Assembly: GCA_963766075.1 (NCBI GenBank)
Contig: CAVYAN010000074.1
Location: 11,864-75,863 of the forward strand
Length of the DNA: 64,000 nt
Source: an uncultured cyanobacterium
GTDB lineage: Bacteria > Cyanobacteriota > Cyanobacteriia > Leptolyngbyales > Leptolyngbyaceae
Direction of reading: 5' to 3'
Positions 1 through 10,511 of this stretch are shown here, piece by piece. Made by a program: the position numbers and the translations under genes. How positions within the stretch are numbered: the first letter of the stretch is position 1; each line of letters opens with the position of its first letter. Below the pieces are notes generated by a model, which saw only the letters and a list, made by a program, of their open reading frames with translations, searched no databases and was not told where the DNA came from.

Positions 1-679
1 GATTCCCCACCCCGCCAGTTGGGCATTGCCAATCCTCATCCTGCGCCAGGAGCAGCAGGTATTCGCCCTTGAGGTCGATCGCCTGATTGCGGAACAGGAA
101 TTGGTGATCAAACCCTTCAGTGATGCGATCGCGTCCCCCAGCTACACCTGTGGGTGCACCATCCTGGGTGATGGCAGTTTACTACCCGTTATTGATGGCA
201 ACACCCTGCTCTCGTTAGGACTGGAACAGGCAAAAGCAGGGGCGGACCTCGTAATTCCTCAACCAGCCAAGGCTCAACCGCCGAGGGTGTTCAACGCAGT
301 GCAGACTCCTATGGTGCTGGTCGTGGATGACGCGGTGACCCTGCGTCGTACCTTAGCACTTTCTCTGGAACGGGCCGGGTATCAAGTCCAGCAGGCGCGA
401 GATGGTGAAGAAGCCATTCGTCAATTACAGGAACACCCTACGGTGCAACTCATTGTTTGCGACATTGAGATGCCGAACATGAATGGGTTTGAGTTCCTCA
501 ATCATCGGCGTCAAGATCCCCATTTGGCGACCCTACCCATTGTGATGCTGACCTCCCGTAGCAACGACAAGCATCGCTGGCTAGCCAAGCAGCTGGGAGC
601 CACCGCATACCTAACCAAACCCTATCTAGAACAGGAACTCCTCGACACCCTGGACACATTAATTCATGCAGAAGCCTGA
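1..679 (+). CDS. CheA-like hybrid chemotaxis kinase, 3' part only (CheW-like domain + receiver); starts before the window
   Basis: LVIKPF..GCTILGDG..LPVID (CheW-like domain of CheA) followed by receiver VLVVDD..CDIEMPNMNG..MLTSR..YLTKP. Confidence 0.85.
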   Translation, partial: IPHPASWALPILILRQEQQVFALEVDRLIAEQELVIKPFSDAIASPSYTCGCTILGDGSLLPVIDGNTLLSLGLEQAKAGADLVIPQPAKAQPPRVFNAVQTPMVLVVDDAVTLRRTLALSLERAGYQVQQARDGEEAIRQLQEHPTVQLIVCDIEMPNMNGFEFLNHRRQDPHLATLPIVMLTSRSNDKHRWLAKQLGATAYLTKPYLEQELLDTLDTLIHAEA

Positions 680-751
680 ATTCGCATAAGGGACTTGCAA
701 ACAAATAATCATTCCAATATGTAAATTCTGCGGTAAGGGCGAAGCCTTTGG

Positions 752-1612
752 GTAATTAGTCAGCGCAAGAAGCGGGGCTTATTGAGAACGCCCTCATCAG
801 CCCCGGAAATGTTGGATTATTGAGCGGATTCGAGGAGCGGCGGATCGCAGCGGGGCGCTAAAACCTTGAATAATTCAGCCACAGCATTTTTCCCCTGCAA
901 CCGCATGGTTTCGAGGAAACTGAACATCATCGCCACCCGTTGCCTACCCCAATGGCTTCTGGCTCCCCCACTCACTTTGCGATGAATCACCACTGGCCGC
1001 AGTCCGCGTTCGGCATCATTATTGTCCGGTTTTACTTCCGGATAACTCAGAAAAGTAAACCAGTCTTGCCAATGACGATTAAACCGATTCGCTAAACCTT
1101 GGGCATCGCTGGGCCAACCTTTCGCCGGGGGATGGTTCAACACATAGGCCAAGTTCCGCCTCCACAATCGAACGAGAGGTCTGTAGCTCGGCTCGACTCA
1201 TGTGTCCGGCATGATAATCCCGATGGGCGGTGCGGGCACTGTGAATAATCGGGAAAATCTGCTGCGCGAATTGGCAATTGCCCGCAAAGTGCGACGCCGC
1301 TAAGGCCGCTAATTCCCGTTCAATATGCGCCCAGCACTTCTGCTTTGCCTGCGCACTCTGTGCCCTATAAGCACTCCAACAATCGCTACTGAGAATGCCG
1401 CCAAAACCAACCTTTCGACCAAGACAATCACGTCCTCTGAGCTCTCCGCGTATACGGCCAGGATCACTTCTCGACTCAGACGAACGTGCGACGGAGGAGG
1501 ATTCATTTGGATACAAACTCAGACTTACTCTGCAATAGCTTTGACTTGTACTTTAGACCACAAAAACGGATCCACAGTAAATCTTCTCCATCTTTTAATG
1601 CTGAGTAGTTAC
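752..1612 (-). mobile_element. IS66-family element, internally deleted
   Basis: Ends GTAATTAGTCAGC (752-764) and reverse complement of 1600-1612 GTAACTACTCAGC (11/13); encloses transposase fragments. Confidence 0.7.
817..1516 (-). pseudogene. IS66 transposase C-terminal fragment, frameshifted
   Basis: GILSSDCWSAY..QKCWAHIER in ORF 1079-1516 and PDNNDAERGLRPVVIHRKVSGG in ORF 817-1167 lie in different frames; N-terminal half absent. Confidence 0.85.
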
Positions 1613-1681
1613 GATTTCTCTCTCCTCCTATTGACTTTCAAGACAATCACTCCTGGGATGATTTTTTGTTTGTAAGTCCCT

Positions 1682-1725
1682 GAAATGGGAATCAGCCATC
1701 TTGGAAATGGGAATCAGCCATCTTG
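1682..1725. repeat. Perfect 22-bp tandem duplication GAAATGGGAATCAGCCATCTTG x2
   Basis: Read directly; abuts the right TIR at 1681. Confidence 0.95.
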
Positions 1726-1845
1726 GATGTTTGTTGATCATCCTAATCTTGCTTGAGCTTCTCATCCAGGCTTGCAAAGTGGTCCGACTTAGAGAACTTA
1801 TACCCTTCTACTTTTCACAAGGCTCTTCCCTGAAAGAGGTATATT

Positions 1846-3267
1846 TTATTTGCCAATGCAGAATCGACTAAAAATTCGATTGAGCACGGATTCAGTCACA
1901 TCTTCGCCAATGATTTCGCCCAGGGATTGAATTGCCATGCGCAAATCAATCGTCCAAAAGTCCAGAGGCATCTGCTGCACTATGGTGGTTTGCACCTGTT
2001 CTAAGGCGGATTTGGCCTGGATCAGCGCAGCAGCTTGTCGTTGGTTGATGGCGATATCGAGATGTGCGGCGTGTAAGGTTCCCGCTTGAGCGATCGCTAA
2101 TATCGCTTGTTCTAACGCCTCAATGCCTTGGTTTAGTGCAGCGGCAGTGGGGATGCAGGGTGGACATAATCTATTGAGGGAATCCGGCAAGAACACGGGA
2201 GGGTTGCTGCGCGTTGAGGGGTCGAGAAGATCGGTTTTGTTGAGGATCAGCATGAGAGCCCGCTGTTTTAAAGCAGCCTGATCTAAGGCCAACTGCTCAT
2301 AAATGACCTGATCGGCAGGGGTCCAACCGACTTGGGCATCGAGGACAAATAGAATCAGGTCAGCGGCAGCGGCAGCAGCGCGCGATCGCTCTACCCCGAT
2401 TTTTTCTACTGCATCCTCGGTCTCTCGAATGCCTGCTGTATCAAGAACCTGGATGGGAATGCCTCCCACGACCAACTGCGACTCCACCACATCGCGGGTG
2501 GTGCCTGGGAGGGGCGTGACGATCGCGCGATCGCTGCGACTCCAGGCATTCAGCAAACTGGATTTACCCACATTGGGCCGACCGACAATCGCTACTTTGA
2601 GTCCGGTGCGCAAAAGTTCCCCGCGATCGGCTGTGGTCAAAATCTGGGTAACGGTGGCTAGGGCCTGATCGATCTGCGATTGCACCGCTGCTTCGTCCAG
2701 CGGTGGCAAGTCCTCTTCAAAATCGATCCGGGCCTCTACTTCGGCCAAAATATCCAGGCAGGTGGCCCGCAGGTCGCGAATCGGTTGGGCCAGTTTGCCT
2801 TGAATGCCCGCTAGCGCCGTTTGGGCGGCTTGGGGCGATCGCGCCCCCACTAAATCAGCCACACTTTCCGCTTGGGTGAGATCCAGTCGCCCATTCAGAA
2901 ACGCCCGCAGCGTGAACTCACCCGCTTGGGCCAACCGCGCCCCCTGTTCTAGACAAAGTTGTAGCACCTGTTGCACCGCCATCATGCCCCCATGACAGTG
3001 AAATTCCACCACATCTTCGCGGGTGAAGGATCGCGGCGCTAGCATAATCAATAATAAGGCTTCATCAACGACTGCATGGGTACTAGGACGTTGCACAAAT
3101 CCATAGAGAATCCGATGACTTTCCCAGGGCTGCTGACCCGGAGCCCGAAACAGTTTCTGGGCGATCGCCAGCGCTTCCGGCCCGGAAACCCGGACAATGC
3201 CAACACTGCCCTGTTCCGGGACAATGGCAGTAGCAATAGCAGCGATCGTCGAAGCAGCGGTAAGCAT
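1846..3267 (-). CDS. mnmE: tRNA modification GTPase MnmE/TrmE
   Basis: TIAAIATA N-terminus, [23 protein letters not shown]-terminal FSRFCIGK; start moved to ATG at 3267. Confidence 0.97.
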   Translation of the reverse strand: MLTAASTIAAIATAIVPEQGSVGIVRVSGPEALAIAQKLFRAPGQQPWESHRILYGFVQRPSTHAVVDEALLLIMLAPRSFTREDVVEFHCHGGMMAVQQVLQLCLEQGARLAQAGEFTLRAFLNGRLDLTQAESVADLVGARSPQAAQTALAGIQGKLAQPIRDLRATCLDILAEVEARIDFEEDLPPLDEAAVQSQIDQALATVTQILTTADRGELLRTGLKVAIVGRPNVGKSSLLNAWSRSDRAIVTPLPGTTRDVVESQLVVGGIPIQVLDTAGIRETEDAVEKIGVERSRAAAAAADLILFVLDAQVGWTPADQVIYEQLALDQAALKQRALMLILNKTDLLDPSTRSNPPVFLPDSLNRLCPPCIPTAAALNQGIEALEQAILAIAQAGTLHAAHLDIAINQRQAAALIQAKSALEQVQTTIVQQMPLDFWTIDLRMAIQSLGEIIGEDVTESVLNRIFSRFCIGK

Positions 3268-3450
3268 TGTCTGACTTGATGGAGGAGTGTAGGTTGAGCT
3301 GGTCGTGTGAATTGATGTGGACGTGTGAGTTGATGTCGCCCTGTGAATCGAGGTGCAAATATTTTGGGTTGGCACGCTTCGAGCCAGATGCTTGCCCATT
3401 TTAGTTGTAATCGCTGCTCAAAGGGACAGCCCGCACATCTGGGATTGGTT

Positions 3451-4032
3451 CTAGCCCTCTGCTGTCCAATCGGTATGGGTCAAACTCGTCAGAATATGAT
3501 CTTCCCATTGCCCATTGATCAGCAAATAGTCCCTGGCATAGCCTTCCACACTAAAACCCAACCGCCGCAGCAAGTTGCCACTGCGCTGATTGCGGGGCAT
3601 ATAGGCCGCCATCACCCGATGGAAATCCAACTCCGCAAACATAAAGGGAATGGCCGTGGCTAGCGCTTCCTGCATGTAGCCCTGGCCTTGGTGGACTTCT
3701 GCCAGCCCATAGCCCAGGATGCAGGCGTGAAAGGGATGCCGCACAAACTGGGTAAAGTTAATGCTGCCCACAATAGTCTCGGGCTGGGCGCGGTCAAATA
3801 GGAATAGGCGGAGGGCGCGATCGCACTCAAATTCTACCGCATGGTTCTCCACTTGGATTTGCCAAAACCGCTGCGTCAAAAACTGATCCGGACGAATTGG
3901 GTCGAAGGGCTGATGGAACGCCAGATTGTCTTCAAAGTACCGTAAAATCTCTGCCACATCCCGATAGTTTGCCATCCGCACAATCAACCGAGGTGTTGTA
4001 AAGCAGGGAGGAGACAGATTGATTTTGTGCAT
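3451..4032 (-). CDS. rimJ: RimJ-like GNAT N-acetyltransferase
   Basis: LGYGL..QGQGYM, HRVMAAYMPRNQRSGNLLRRLGF..EGYARDYLLINGQWEDH. Confidence 0.85.
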   Translation of the reverse strand: MHKINLSPPCFTTPRLIVRMANYRDVAEILRYFEDNLAFHQPFDPIRPDQFLTQRFWQIQVENHAVEFECDRALRLFLFDRAQPETIVGSINFTQFVRHPFHACILGYGLAEVHQGQGYMQEALATAIPFMFAELDFHRVMAAYMPRNQRSGNLLRRLGFSVEGYARDYLLINGQWEDHILTSLTHTDWTAEG

Positions 4033-4117
4033 GGCTGTGGTCCGATCCGCCCGGAATCATGAAAAACGTCCCTCAAAAACGTCTCTCAAAGAGCCGCATT
4101 TTTTATTTTGTGCTTTT

Positions 4118-4852
4118 TTAATCCCACGGAGTATCCGACAGGGGGGCAATCAGACTGACGCTGGCCCTAACATAGCATTGCTTCGGGGATACCCAAAGCC
4201 AAGGCTGGTTGCGATCGTCCAATTGAAAATGGCTGTCGCGGGCTGCCGTCATGCGGTTGAGCCGCTCTCCAGAGCGAAACGTAAAGGTGACTTTGCCGTT
4301 TGGCGTGGCCCGACAATTCAGTTTGCCATCGGCCGCCACGACTTCCCACTCTGGCCAGATCAGCTTTTGGCCCAGACTGTCATAGGTGCGGGCATTGCCG
4401 TCCTGGTAATTGCCTTGACGATCAGCCTTAGGCAAGGCTTCCTGTAGGGTCGTGGTAAAGCGCTGTCCCACGAATTCACAGCTCTTGCCCCCTGTGACCT
4501 GCCAAGCCACTTCCAGGCCCGTGGGGTCAAATCGCCCTCGCTGCGTCAACTTCAGGCTGACATCCCCCTCACAGAAGATCTGGGGCTGGTTGATGGGTTC
4601 GGTGTTCGGGCGATCGCTAAAGGTGCCCAGATAGGTGCCCTGACTGCGTGCATTGGCGTCGAAAGAGCCTTCCCAGGTGACCCCGCCCACGCGACTGCGA
4701 TACTGGCCAGAGAGGCGATCGCTCTTGCCCCCAATAGTAATCACAGTGGCACCAGAGTCGCTGACCACAGTACCCGCTGGGCTGCTGCTCGGCCAAGCGA
4801 TTAACCCCAACCCTAGAAGAAAGGTTAATGGACGCAAAGCATGACTTAGCAT
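4118..4852 (-). CDS. Secreted hypothetical protein, possible SH3-like C-terminal domain
   Basis: Hydrophobic signal-like N-terminus; LNCRATPNG..PWLWV..CYVRAS pattern; start uncertain. Confidence 0.55.
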   Translation of the reverse strand: MLSHALRPLTFLLGLGLIAWPSSSPAGTVVSDSGATVITIGGKSDRLSGQYRSRVGGVTWEGSFDANARSQGTYLGTFSDRPNTEPINQPQIFCEGDVSLKLTQRGRFDPTGLEVAWQVTGGKSCEFVGQRFTTTLQEALPKADRQGNYQDGNARTYDSLGQKLIWPEWEVVAADGKLNCRATPNGKVTFTFRSGERLNRMTAARDSHFQLDDRNQPWLWVSPKQCYVRASVSLIAPLSDTPWD

Positions 4853-5000
4853 GGGGATTAATTCTCCGATAACTCCTAGGGGTACCCCCAACTCCGCAGG
4901 CATTTTGGTCTATTCCAGATCGGTTCTGCTATTGAATGCCTGTCATCGATGGTCATATTCAGGGCGACTGCCCGGAAAGATTCTACCGTAGAAGTTTGCC

Positions 5001-5064
5001 CTACGGCTACGCTCAGGGCGCAAGCGGGTTGAGCGTAGCCGTGGCTGGCTGAGCGGAGTCGTGG
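5001..5064. repeat. Cluster of three degenerate TGAGCG(G/T)AG(C/T)CG repeat cores (one inverted)
   Basis: CTACGGCTACGCTCAG 5001-5016, TTGAGCGTAGCCGTGG 5029-5044, CTGAGCGGAGTCGTGG 5049-5064. Confidence 0.65.
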
Positions 5065-5131
5065 CTGGCAGAAATCCCCTAGGATGCCTGAGGTGCTGCC
5101 ATCGGTAAGGATCAATCGGCAAGCGGTTGAC

Positions 5132-7285
5132 CTACTGCAACACTTCGGCAATGGCCATAATGCCCTGGCGAGAGAGGGTCTGCACAAGGGCATCTGCACC
5201 AGAGCGATCCTGAAACAAGCCAATTTGCAGAATCGATCGCCCTTGGGCTTGCGTATAGAAGGCATCCGGTGCCAAAGCGCGAATCTGGGCTTCTTGATCC
5301 GGTGCCACCTTCTCTACGTAAACGCGGTAGCGATAGCCCAGTTCTAAAGCCCGACTGCGGCCATTTGGGAAGCCCTGACTCCGCTGAGGTCCGCGATATA
5401 CAAAGGACTGCGGTGACGAACCCACATTGCCGATGGGGGCGTTTGGATCGGGCACGGGCAGCAGGTTAGGGGCCGAATTGGGTACCGTTGTTAATGCCAA
5501 GGGTGCGATGGTTCGAGGGGGCGCGCCATTCAGGGAGACTGGTCGGGGCGCTAATGGTCGGGGCGCTAGTGGACGCGGGGCCAGTGGGCGCGGGGCCAGT
5601 GGACGCGGGGCGATCGCCGAACGTGACAAATCGAGGCTCATCACTGTTACCCGTTCTGAAGAGGGTCGATTCACCGTTACGGAGCTTTGTGAGTCTGGGG
5701 GAGGTACGGCGATCGGCACTGGCGAGGTGGGCGTTGGCACTCGTAAAACGGATGAGCTAACCTTCGGTGCCTCGATCTCCGATCGGACGATCGCTGATGG
5801 TCCAATTGCGGGTGTTCTGATTGTGGGTGGGTCAGTTCCACGGAGTGCTGGGCGAGTTGTCGATATTCCCGCTGCCGATCCTCCGGTTGCTGCTGTTGCC
5901 AGCATAGGCGGTCGGGATGGTGTCGCTGTGGGCACGATCGCTGTGGGCACGATCGCTACTCCCTCAAACCGGGCCGTTGCCCTTTCCGTTGGGGCGATCG
6001 ATGGCAGCGCGGATGGACGCGCGGGGGTTCTGAGTGGCGATCGCACTGCCGCCGCAGGCAGGACTGGCGCTGGAAATGATTTTGCCGAAATCAGGCTGCC
6101 TGTCGGCGTTGGGGCTAGATTGGCAGAACCCGGAGCGATCGTTGGAGCGAGAGCTAATTGCTCCCCGCTGGCCGATCCACTGACTGGCTGTGTTCCTGTG
6201 ACCTCCACGCGGCCCAGTAGGGTTGTGATCTCATTGCCAAAGGCCGCAATGGGTCCGCCATTGGACTGATTATTCAAATCAAATTGGCCATTATTGCGAA
6301 ACCAATTGCCTCCCGGCGAGGCGATCGTTCCCAAGTCGGGTTGCGCCTGGGCCGCGATGATCATTCCGCCTTTCTGATTACGCTCTACCGAATTGCCGCG
6401 CAGAATAGGTCGTGCCGTGTCCTGTACTACAATTCCCTGCTCATTCTCCGTCAGCCGATTGCCAATCATCAAGGGGGCCGCCGCTTGATCAATGTGAATG
6501 GCGATCGCCATTTGTTCAAACACATTGTCCTGAATCCGAGGACGGGCCGTCCCATGAACCATCAGCCCAGAATTTCGATTGGCATAGAAGAAATTGTTGC
6601 TAATTAAGGGACTCGCCGTGCCCTGTAGGGCAATGCCCGCCTGACTGTTTGCCGTAAAGGTATTACTCAGCACCGTGGGCTGGGTAGACTCAATCCATAA
6701 TCCGTAGCCCTGGGGCTGTGGATTAGTAATTGTTACCCCCACCAAGGCCGCCCGACTTGCCCCCACCACCGTTACATTTGGGGAAGCAGCGATGGCACTG
6801 CCATACGCGCCGCCGCCGCGCACGACGATCGCCTGTCCCCGCGTTTCCACATCCCCCTGCACAATCACCCCGGGCTTTAGCCGCAGCGGAAACACCTCGC
6901 CGCTGTCTACGCTGTAGGTGCCAGCCTCTAGCCGAATCACGGTATCGGGTGTGGCCACTTGCAGGGCGTGGGTAATCGTTCGGAACGGCAGTTGCGCATC
7001 GCCTTGTCCCCGCGCATCATCACCCCTCACCGGATCGACCCGAATCACTCGCTGTGTCGGGGAGCTGGCTCGGATTGCAGCGTCTCCCCGCATGGGTTGA
7101 ATCGGAGAGTCTGCCAAAATTGGTTTGCCGTTTGCCGGATCGGGTGTCGCCCAAACCGATGTGCCAGGGCCTCCGATAATTCCGAGCAATCCGGCTCCGA
7201 TCACTACCCCCGCCCAGGATCGTGGTAGCGGGCCGTCTACAGCGATCGCGCAACCCAGTGAAGCAGACCACAAAGAATTAAACAC
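5132..7285 (-). CDS. DUF1565/right-handed beta-helix protein with Pro-rich linker and SPOR-like C-terminal domain
   Basis: VDPVRGDD..PFRTITHAL..GTYS..GEVFPL; parallel beta-helix repeats; YRVYV..LQIGLFQDRSGADAL; start uncertain. Confidence 0.75.
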   Translation of the reverse strand: MFNSLWSASLGCAIAVDGPLPRSWAGVVIGAGLLGIIGGPGTSVWATPDPANGKPILADSPIQPMRGDAAIRASSPTQRVIRVDPVRGDDARGQGDAQLPFRTITHALQVATPDTVIRLEAGTYSVDSGEVFPLRLKPGVIVQGDVETRGQAIVVRGGGAYGSAIAASPNVTVVGASRAALVGVTITNPQPQGYGLWIESTQPTVLSNTFTANSQAGIALQGTASPLISNNFFYANRNSGLMVHGTARPRIQDNVFEQMAIAIHIDQAAAPLMIGNRLTENEQGIVVQDTARPILRGNSVERNQKGGMIIAAQAQPDLGTIASPGGNWFRNNGQFDLNNQSNGGPIAAFGNEITTLLGRVEVTGTQPVSGSASGEQLALAPTIAPGSANLAPTPTGSLISAKSFPAPVLPAAAVRSPLRTPARPSALPSIAPTERATARFEGVAIVPTAIVPTATPSRPPMLATAATGGSAAGISTTRPALRGTDPPTIRTPAIGPSAIVRSEIEAPKVSSSVLRVPTPTSPVPIAVPPPDSQSSVTVNRPSSERVTVMSLDLSRSAIAPRPLAPRPLAPRPLAPRPLAPRPVSLNGAPPRTIAPLALTTVPNSAPNLLPVPDPNAPIGNVGSSPQSFVYRGPQRSQGFPNGRSRALELGYRYRVYVEKVAPDQEAQIRALAPDAFYTQAQGRSILQIGLFQDRSGADALVQTLSRQGIMAIAEVLQ
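5540..5614. repeat. In-frame 15-bp tandem repeat x5 (APRPL)
   Basis: TGG(T/A/G)CG(G/C)GG(C/G)(G/C).. units; translation APRPLAPRPLAPRPLAPRPLAPRP. Confidence 0.9.
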
Positions 7286-7513
7286 AGCAATTATGCGCAG
7301 AAAATCATGCGCAGAAAAACTTTACAGGAACAAAACCACACGTCAAACCGGTCCCACGCCTAACGGTATAGCAAAGCTGCTAAGACTATTCCGTCAAGCG
7401 TTGGTTTCAAATTTACTCGATTCCCTCAGGAACGACACATTTTTTTGGCAGAGATTTTTGGCAGAAATTAAAGGAATGCGCCCAAAAATCATTAGGTCTG
7501 AACTGCGTCTTTC

Positions 7514-8230
7514 CTAAATCCGCTGCAACAAGTTTTTGCCGTGGGTGTCCGTCCCACAGGTACTGAGCAAGCTGTAGGCGTTTTGCAGCGCCTGTACCCG
7601 CTCAGTTTGAGCGGGACTAGTGCGCCACGGATTGGGATTGTCGTAGGCATAAAAAGTTTCTACTCCGTCAATCCCCATGCCAGCGACAGCGGCAATCAGA
7701 TCTTCCGGTGGCTTCCGGTAGCGTACTGGATGCGCCAAGACTGCGATCCCCCCAGCCGCTTGGATCGCAGCAATCACCCGCTGGGCGGCGGCGTCTTTCC
7801 CTGTTGGGGCTTGCCGTTGCAGGTAAGGCCGCATTGCCGCGCTGCTGGGATCAAAGGCGTAGCCCAAAATGTGCACCTCAATTTCCAGCAGTTGAGACGT
7901 GACCTCTACGCCGGTCCATAGCTGAGGCAAGTGATGGCTGGATTTGCCGTTCCAGGCAAGGCGCTCACGTTCATCTCGGAGCCAGTCCTGCGCTTGTTGA
8001 TAGCCATTCACCGTGTGGTGGTCGGTAATGGCCAAGCCGCTCAGACCAATGGCGATCGCCTGTTTTAGCAGGGCCTCCGGTATCAACTGTCCGTCCGAAC
8101 AAAGGGTATGCATGTGAAAGTTGAAGTGAGTCGGACAGCTCTCTGCGTGAATGGCTGCAAACACTCGCCGCAGCGCTGAAACGTCTTGGGCGGCTGGGAC
8201 AACCTCAACCTGGGCCAAATCAAACGCCAT
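7514..8230 (-). CDS. PHP-domain metal-dependent phosphoesterase
   Basis: HMHTLCSDG, AITDHH, HILGY, LAHP, GTDTHG. Confidence 0.9.
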   Translation of the reverse strand: MAFDLAQVEVVPAAQDVSALRRVFAAIHAESCPTHFNFHMHTLCSDGQLIPEALLKQAIAIGLSGLAITDHHTVNGYQQAQDWLRDERERLAWNGKSSHHLPQLWTGVEVTSQLLEIEVHILGYAFDPSSAAMRPYLQRQAPTGKDAAAQRVIAAIQAAGGIAVLAHPVRYRKPPEDLIAAVAGMGIDGVETFYAYDNPNPWRTSPAQTERVQALQNAYSLLSTCGTDTHGKNLLQRI

Positions 8231-8499
8231 ATTCGCCTCGCAAATCAAACGCCATATTCCCCCCAAAACGGATGGGCTTGTGCTGTAGTACCGTAGCTAT
8301 ACAGATTTTAACAATCTTAAATAGAAGCTTGTGAAGAATTTATAAAGCAAAATCCCTATCTGGAGTCACCGCCCTAGGCAAAACCCTGCCAGGATTGAAC
8401 TCGGGTTTCCTATGATACTTTACCAATGGTCTGATAAGAGAAACGAATACCCCAGGCCAGCCTTTCATTGAAAATAAATATCGAAAATGGAGTCACCGC

Positions 8500-9468
8500 A
8501 TGAATTATTTGGAAACAGCCGCCCAGTTTTATGGCGAGGTCGCAGAAACCCCTCAAGTTGGGCTGTGCTGTGTACAAAGTAGCCCCCTACAACTGCCGGG
8601 ACTGAATATTCCCCAGACCATGCAGGAGATGAACTATGGCTGTGGAACAACCGTGCACCCTACGGAATTGGCTGGAAACCCAACGGTGGTCTATATCGGC
8701 GTGGGCGGTGGCCTAGAGGCCCTGCAGTTTGCCTATTTTTCCCGGGGACCCGCCACTGTAATCGCGATTGAGCCCGTGGCCGCTATGCGGGCGGCGGCAT
8801 TGCGTAATTTGCAAGTCGCGGCAGAAATGAACGACTGGTTTGATGTTGATTTTGTCGATATTCGGGCGGGGGATGCTTTTAATTTGCCCATTGCTGATGC
8901 GTCTGTGGATGTTGTGGCTCAAAATTGTTTGTTTAACATTTTTGAGCCTGCCGATCTACATCGGGCATTACTGGAGTCCTACCGGGTGCTGAAGCCGAAT
9001 GGACGCCTGATTATGAGTGATCCCATTGCCACCCGACCGATTCCGCCGCACCTGCAACAGGACGATCGCCTGCGAGCCATGTGTCTCTCGGGTGCCCTGA
9101 GCTACGAGCAGTACATCCAGCACTTAGTTGCCGTAGGCTTTGGCCAGGTTGAAATTCGCGATCGCCGCCCCTACCGCCTGCTGGATGTCCAAAGCTATGG
9201 TCTGGACCAACCCCTGCTTCTTGAAAGTTTGGATTCCGTCTGCTTCAAAGTGCCGATTGCCGAGGATGGAGCCTGCATCTTTACTGGAAAAACGGCTATC
9301 TACTGCGGTTCTGCCGACTTTTTAGATGATCAGGCCGGACACATTATGTCCAAGGGGATTCCGACCGCCGTTTGCGACAAAACTGCCGCCGCCTTAGCGG
9401 CAAAATTTCCCACAGATGTCATGATTACTCCCGCTACCTGGCATTACGACGGGGGGGGCTGCTGTTGA
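8500..9468 (+). CDS. arsM: Arsenite methyltransferase, cyanobacterial arsenosugar-pathway type
   Basis: GLCCVQS, MNYGCGT, SAM motif YIGVGGG, QNCLFN, AMCLSGA, C-terminal WHYDGGGCC. Confidence 0.85.
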   Translation: MNYLETAAQFYGEVAETPQVGLCCVQSSPLQLPGLNIPQTMQEMNYGCGTTVHPTELAGNPTVVYIGVGGGLEALQFAYFSRGPATVIAIEPVAAMRAAALRNLQVAAEMNDWFDVDFVDIRAGDAFNLPIADASVDVVAQNCLFNIFEPADLHRALLESYRVLKPNGRLIMSDPIATRPIPPHLQQDDRLRAMCLSGALSYEQYIQHLVAVGFGQVEIRDRRPYRLLDVQSYGLDQPLLLESLDSVCFKVPIAEDGACIFTGKTAIYCGSADFLDDQAGHIMSKGIPTAVCDKTAAALAAKFPTDVMITPATWHYDGGGCC

Positions 9469-9533
9469 TCTCCCGCTGCTCTCCTGCTGCTCCTGGCTTT
9501 TTCATGGCGGCTGGCCTGCACTCGGAATGCCTC

Positions 9534-9574
9534 GCCAGATGCTCTCAGTGGCCAGATGCCCTCAGTGACCAGAT
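9534..9574. repeat. 17-bp tandem repeat GCCAGATGCYCTCAGTG x2.4
   Basis: Read directly. Confidence 0.8.
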
Positions 9575-9851
9575 TTTTGCTGCCAACTTACACCACTTTT
9601 ATGACGTTTTGAGGAGTTGGCGATGGTTTGGTGGGACTGGTAATATTGCGACATTCTATCCAGTCCTTCTTGCCATTGTTCCCCTGGCTGAATTACGCGC
9701 TCTCAGGAAAGAAAAGTCGTTCTTAGGAAGGTTTTTCCTCACTCACTTGGGTGACCGCCTGGGAGGAAGGCCAGTTGCCCAGTTCGGTCATAGTCTTGGA
9801 TGGGGCTGGGCCAGTTGGCTCAGTCACCCCAAAGCATCCTTTATCGTAGGC

Positions 9852-10310
9852 ATGATGTTTCCCAAAATTCTGGTTGCCATCGATCAATCCGAAATCAGTA
9901 AGCGCGTCTTTCAAACGGCCCTCGTGTTCGCCCGTGCCACCCAAGCAGAGCTCATGCTCGCTCAGGTGCTGTCTTTGTATAGTGCGTCTGTAGAGCTTGT
10001 CCCGAATGGGGTTTACCCATCCAGTGTGGATGCGATCGGGCTGTATGTTGAGCAGGTAAAAACAATGAAGGACCAAGGACTGCGACGATTGCGACAATAC
10101 CGAGATCGCGCCGACATTGCGGGGGTGGAAACCCAGTATCGCCAAACCCTAGGGGAACCGGGGCGGGAAATCTGTAGACTGGCGGACTCTTGGGGGGCAT
10201 CCTTGATTATTGTAGAGCGGCAATATGGCAGCTTGGCTACTGAACGACCCGTGAGTAGTATGTGCAACTACGTGATTCGCCATGCTCCAGCGGCGGTTTT
10301 AATGGTATAG
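9852..10310 (+). CDS. Universal stress protein (UspA family)
   Basis: MFPKILVAIDQS..GEPGREIC..SSMCNYVIRHAPAAVLMV; true start at ATG 9852/9855. Confidence 0.88.
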   Translation: MMFPKILVAIDQSEISKRVFQTALVFARATQAELMLAQVLSLYSASVELVPNGVYPSSVDAIGLYVEQVKTMKDQGLRRLRQYRDRADIAGVETQYRQTLGEPGREICRLADSWGASLIIVERQYGSLATERPVSSMCNYVIRHAPAAVLMV

Positions 10311-10361
10311 GGGCTGTTTTAGGTATGAGGGCTGTTTTAGGGATAAGGGCCGTCCTAGGTT
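10311..10361. repeat. 18-bp degenerate tandem repeat x3 (GGGCTGTTTTAGG...)
   Basis: GGGCTGTTTTAGGTATGA GGGCTGTTTTAGGGATAA GGGCCGTCCTAGGT. Confidence 0.75.
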
Positions 10362-10511
10362 TTTGCTTCTTTGGCTTTAATTTTTCGGGAGGGTGCTGTG
10401 ACACCCGCGTAACAGGAACATGTGTTCCTACAGTTCGTCGTCTAACTTAGGATAATAATTCTAGAGGGATCCACGAATTCTTGAGGGATCTACTTCTGTG
10501 GAGTGAGCGTT

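Larger units (their letters stand above)
689..1681. mobile_element. TIR-bounded element (MITE-like shell, family unassigned) enclosing the IS66 remnant
   Basis: 689-716 AGGGACTTGCAAACAAATAATCATTCCA vs reverse complement of 1654-1681 AGGGACTTACAAACAAAAAATCATCCCA: 25/28 identical. Confidence 0.7.

Noticed and set aside
5427..6269. 280-aa plus-strand ORF and similar long antisense ORFs (11112-11804, 52379-53128, 59527-60288)
   Set aside because: Shadows of well-supported genes on the opposite strand in GC-rich coding DNA
9372..9851. Long N-terminal extension of the USP ORF (also mnmE 3268-3399, hetZ 57077-57349, S8 23781-24041)
   Set aside because: ORF-finder extension to upstream alternative starts; homology begins at the downstream ATG
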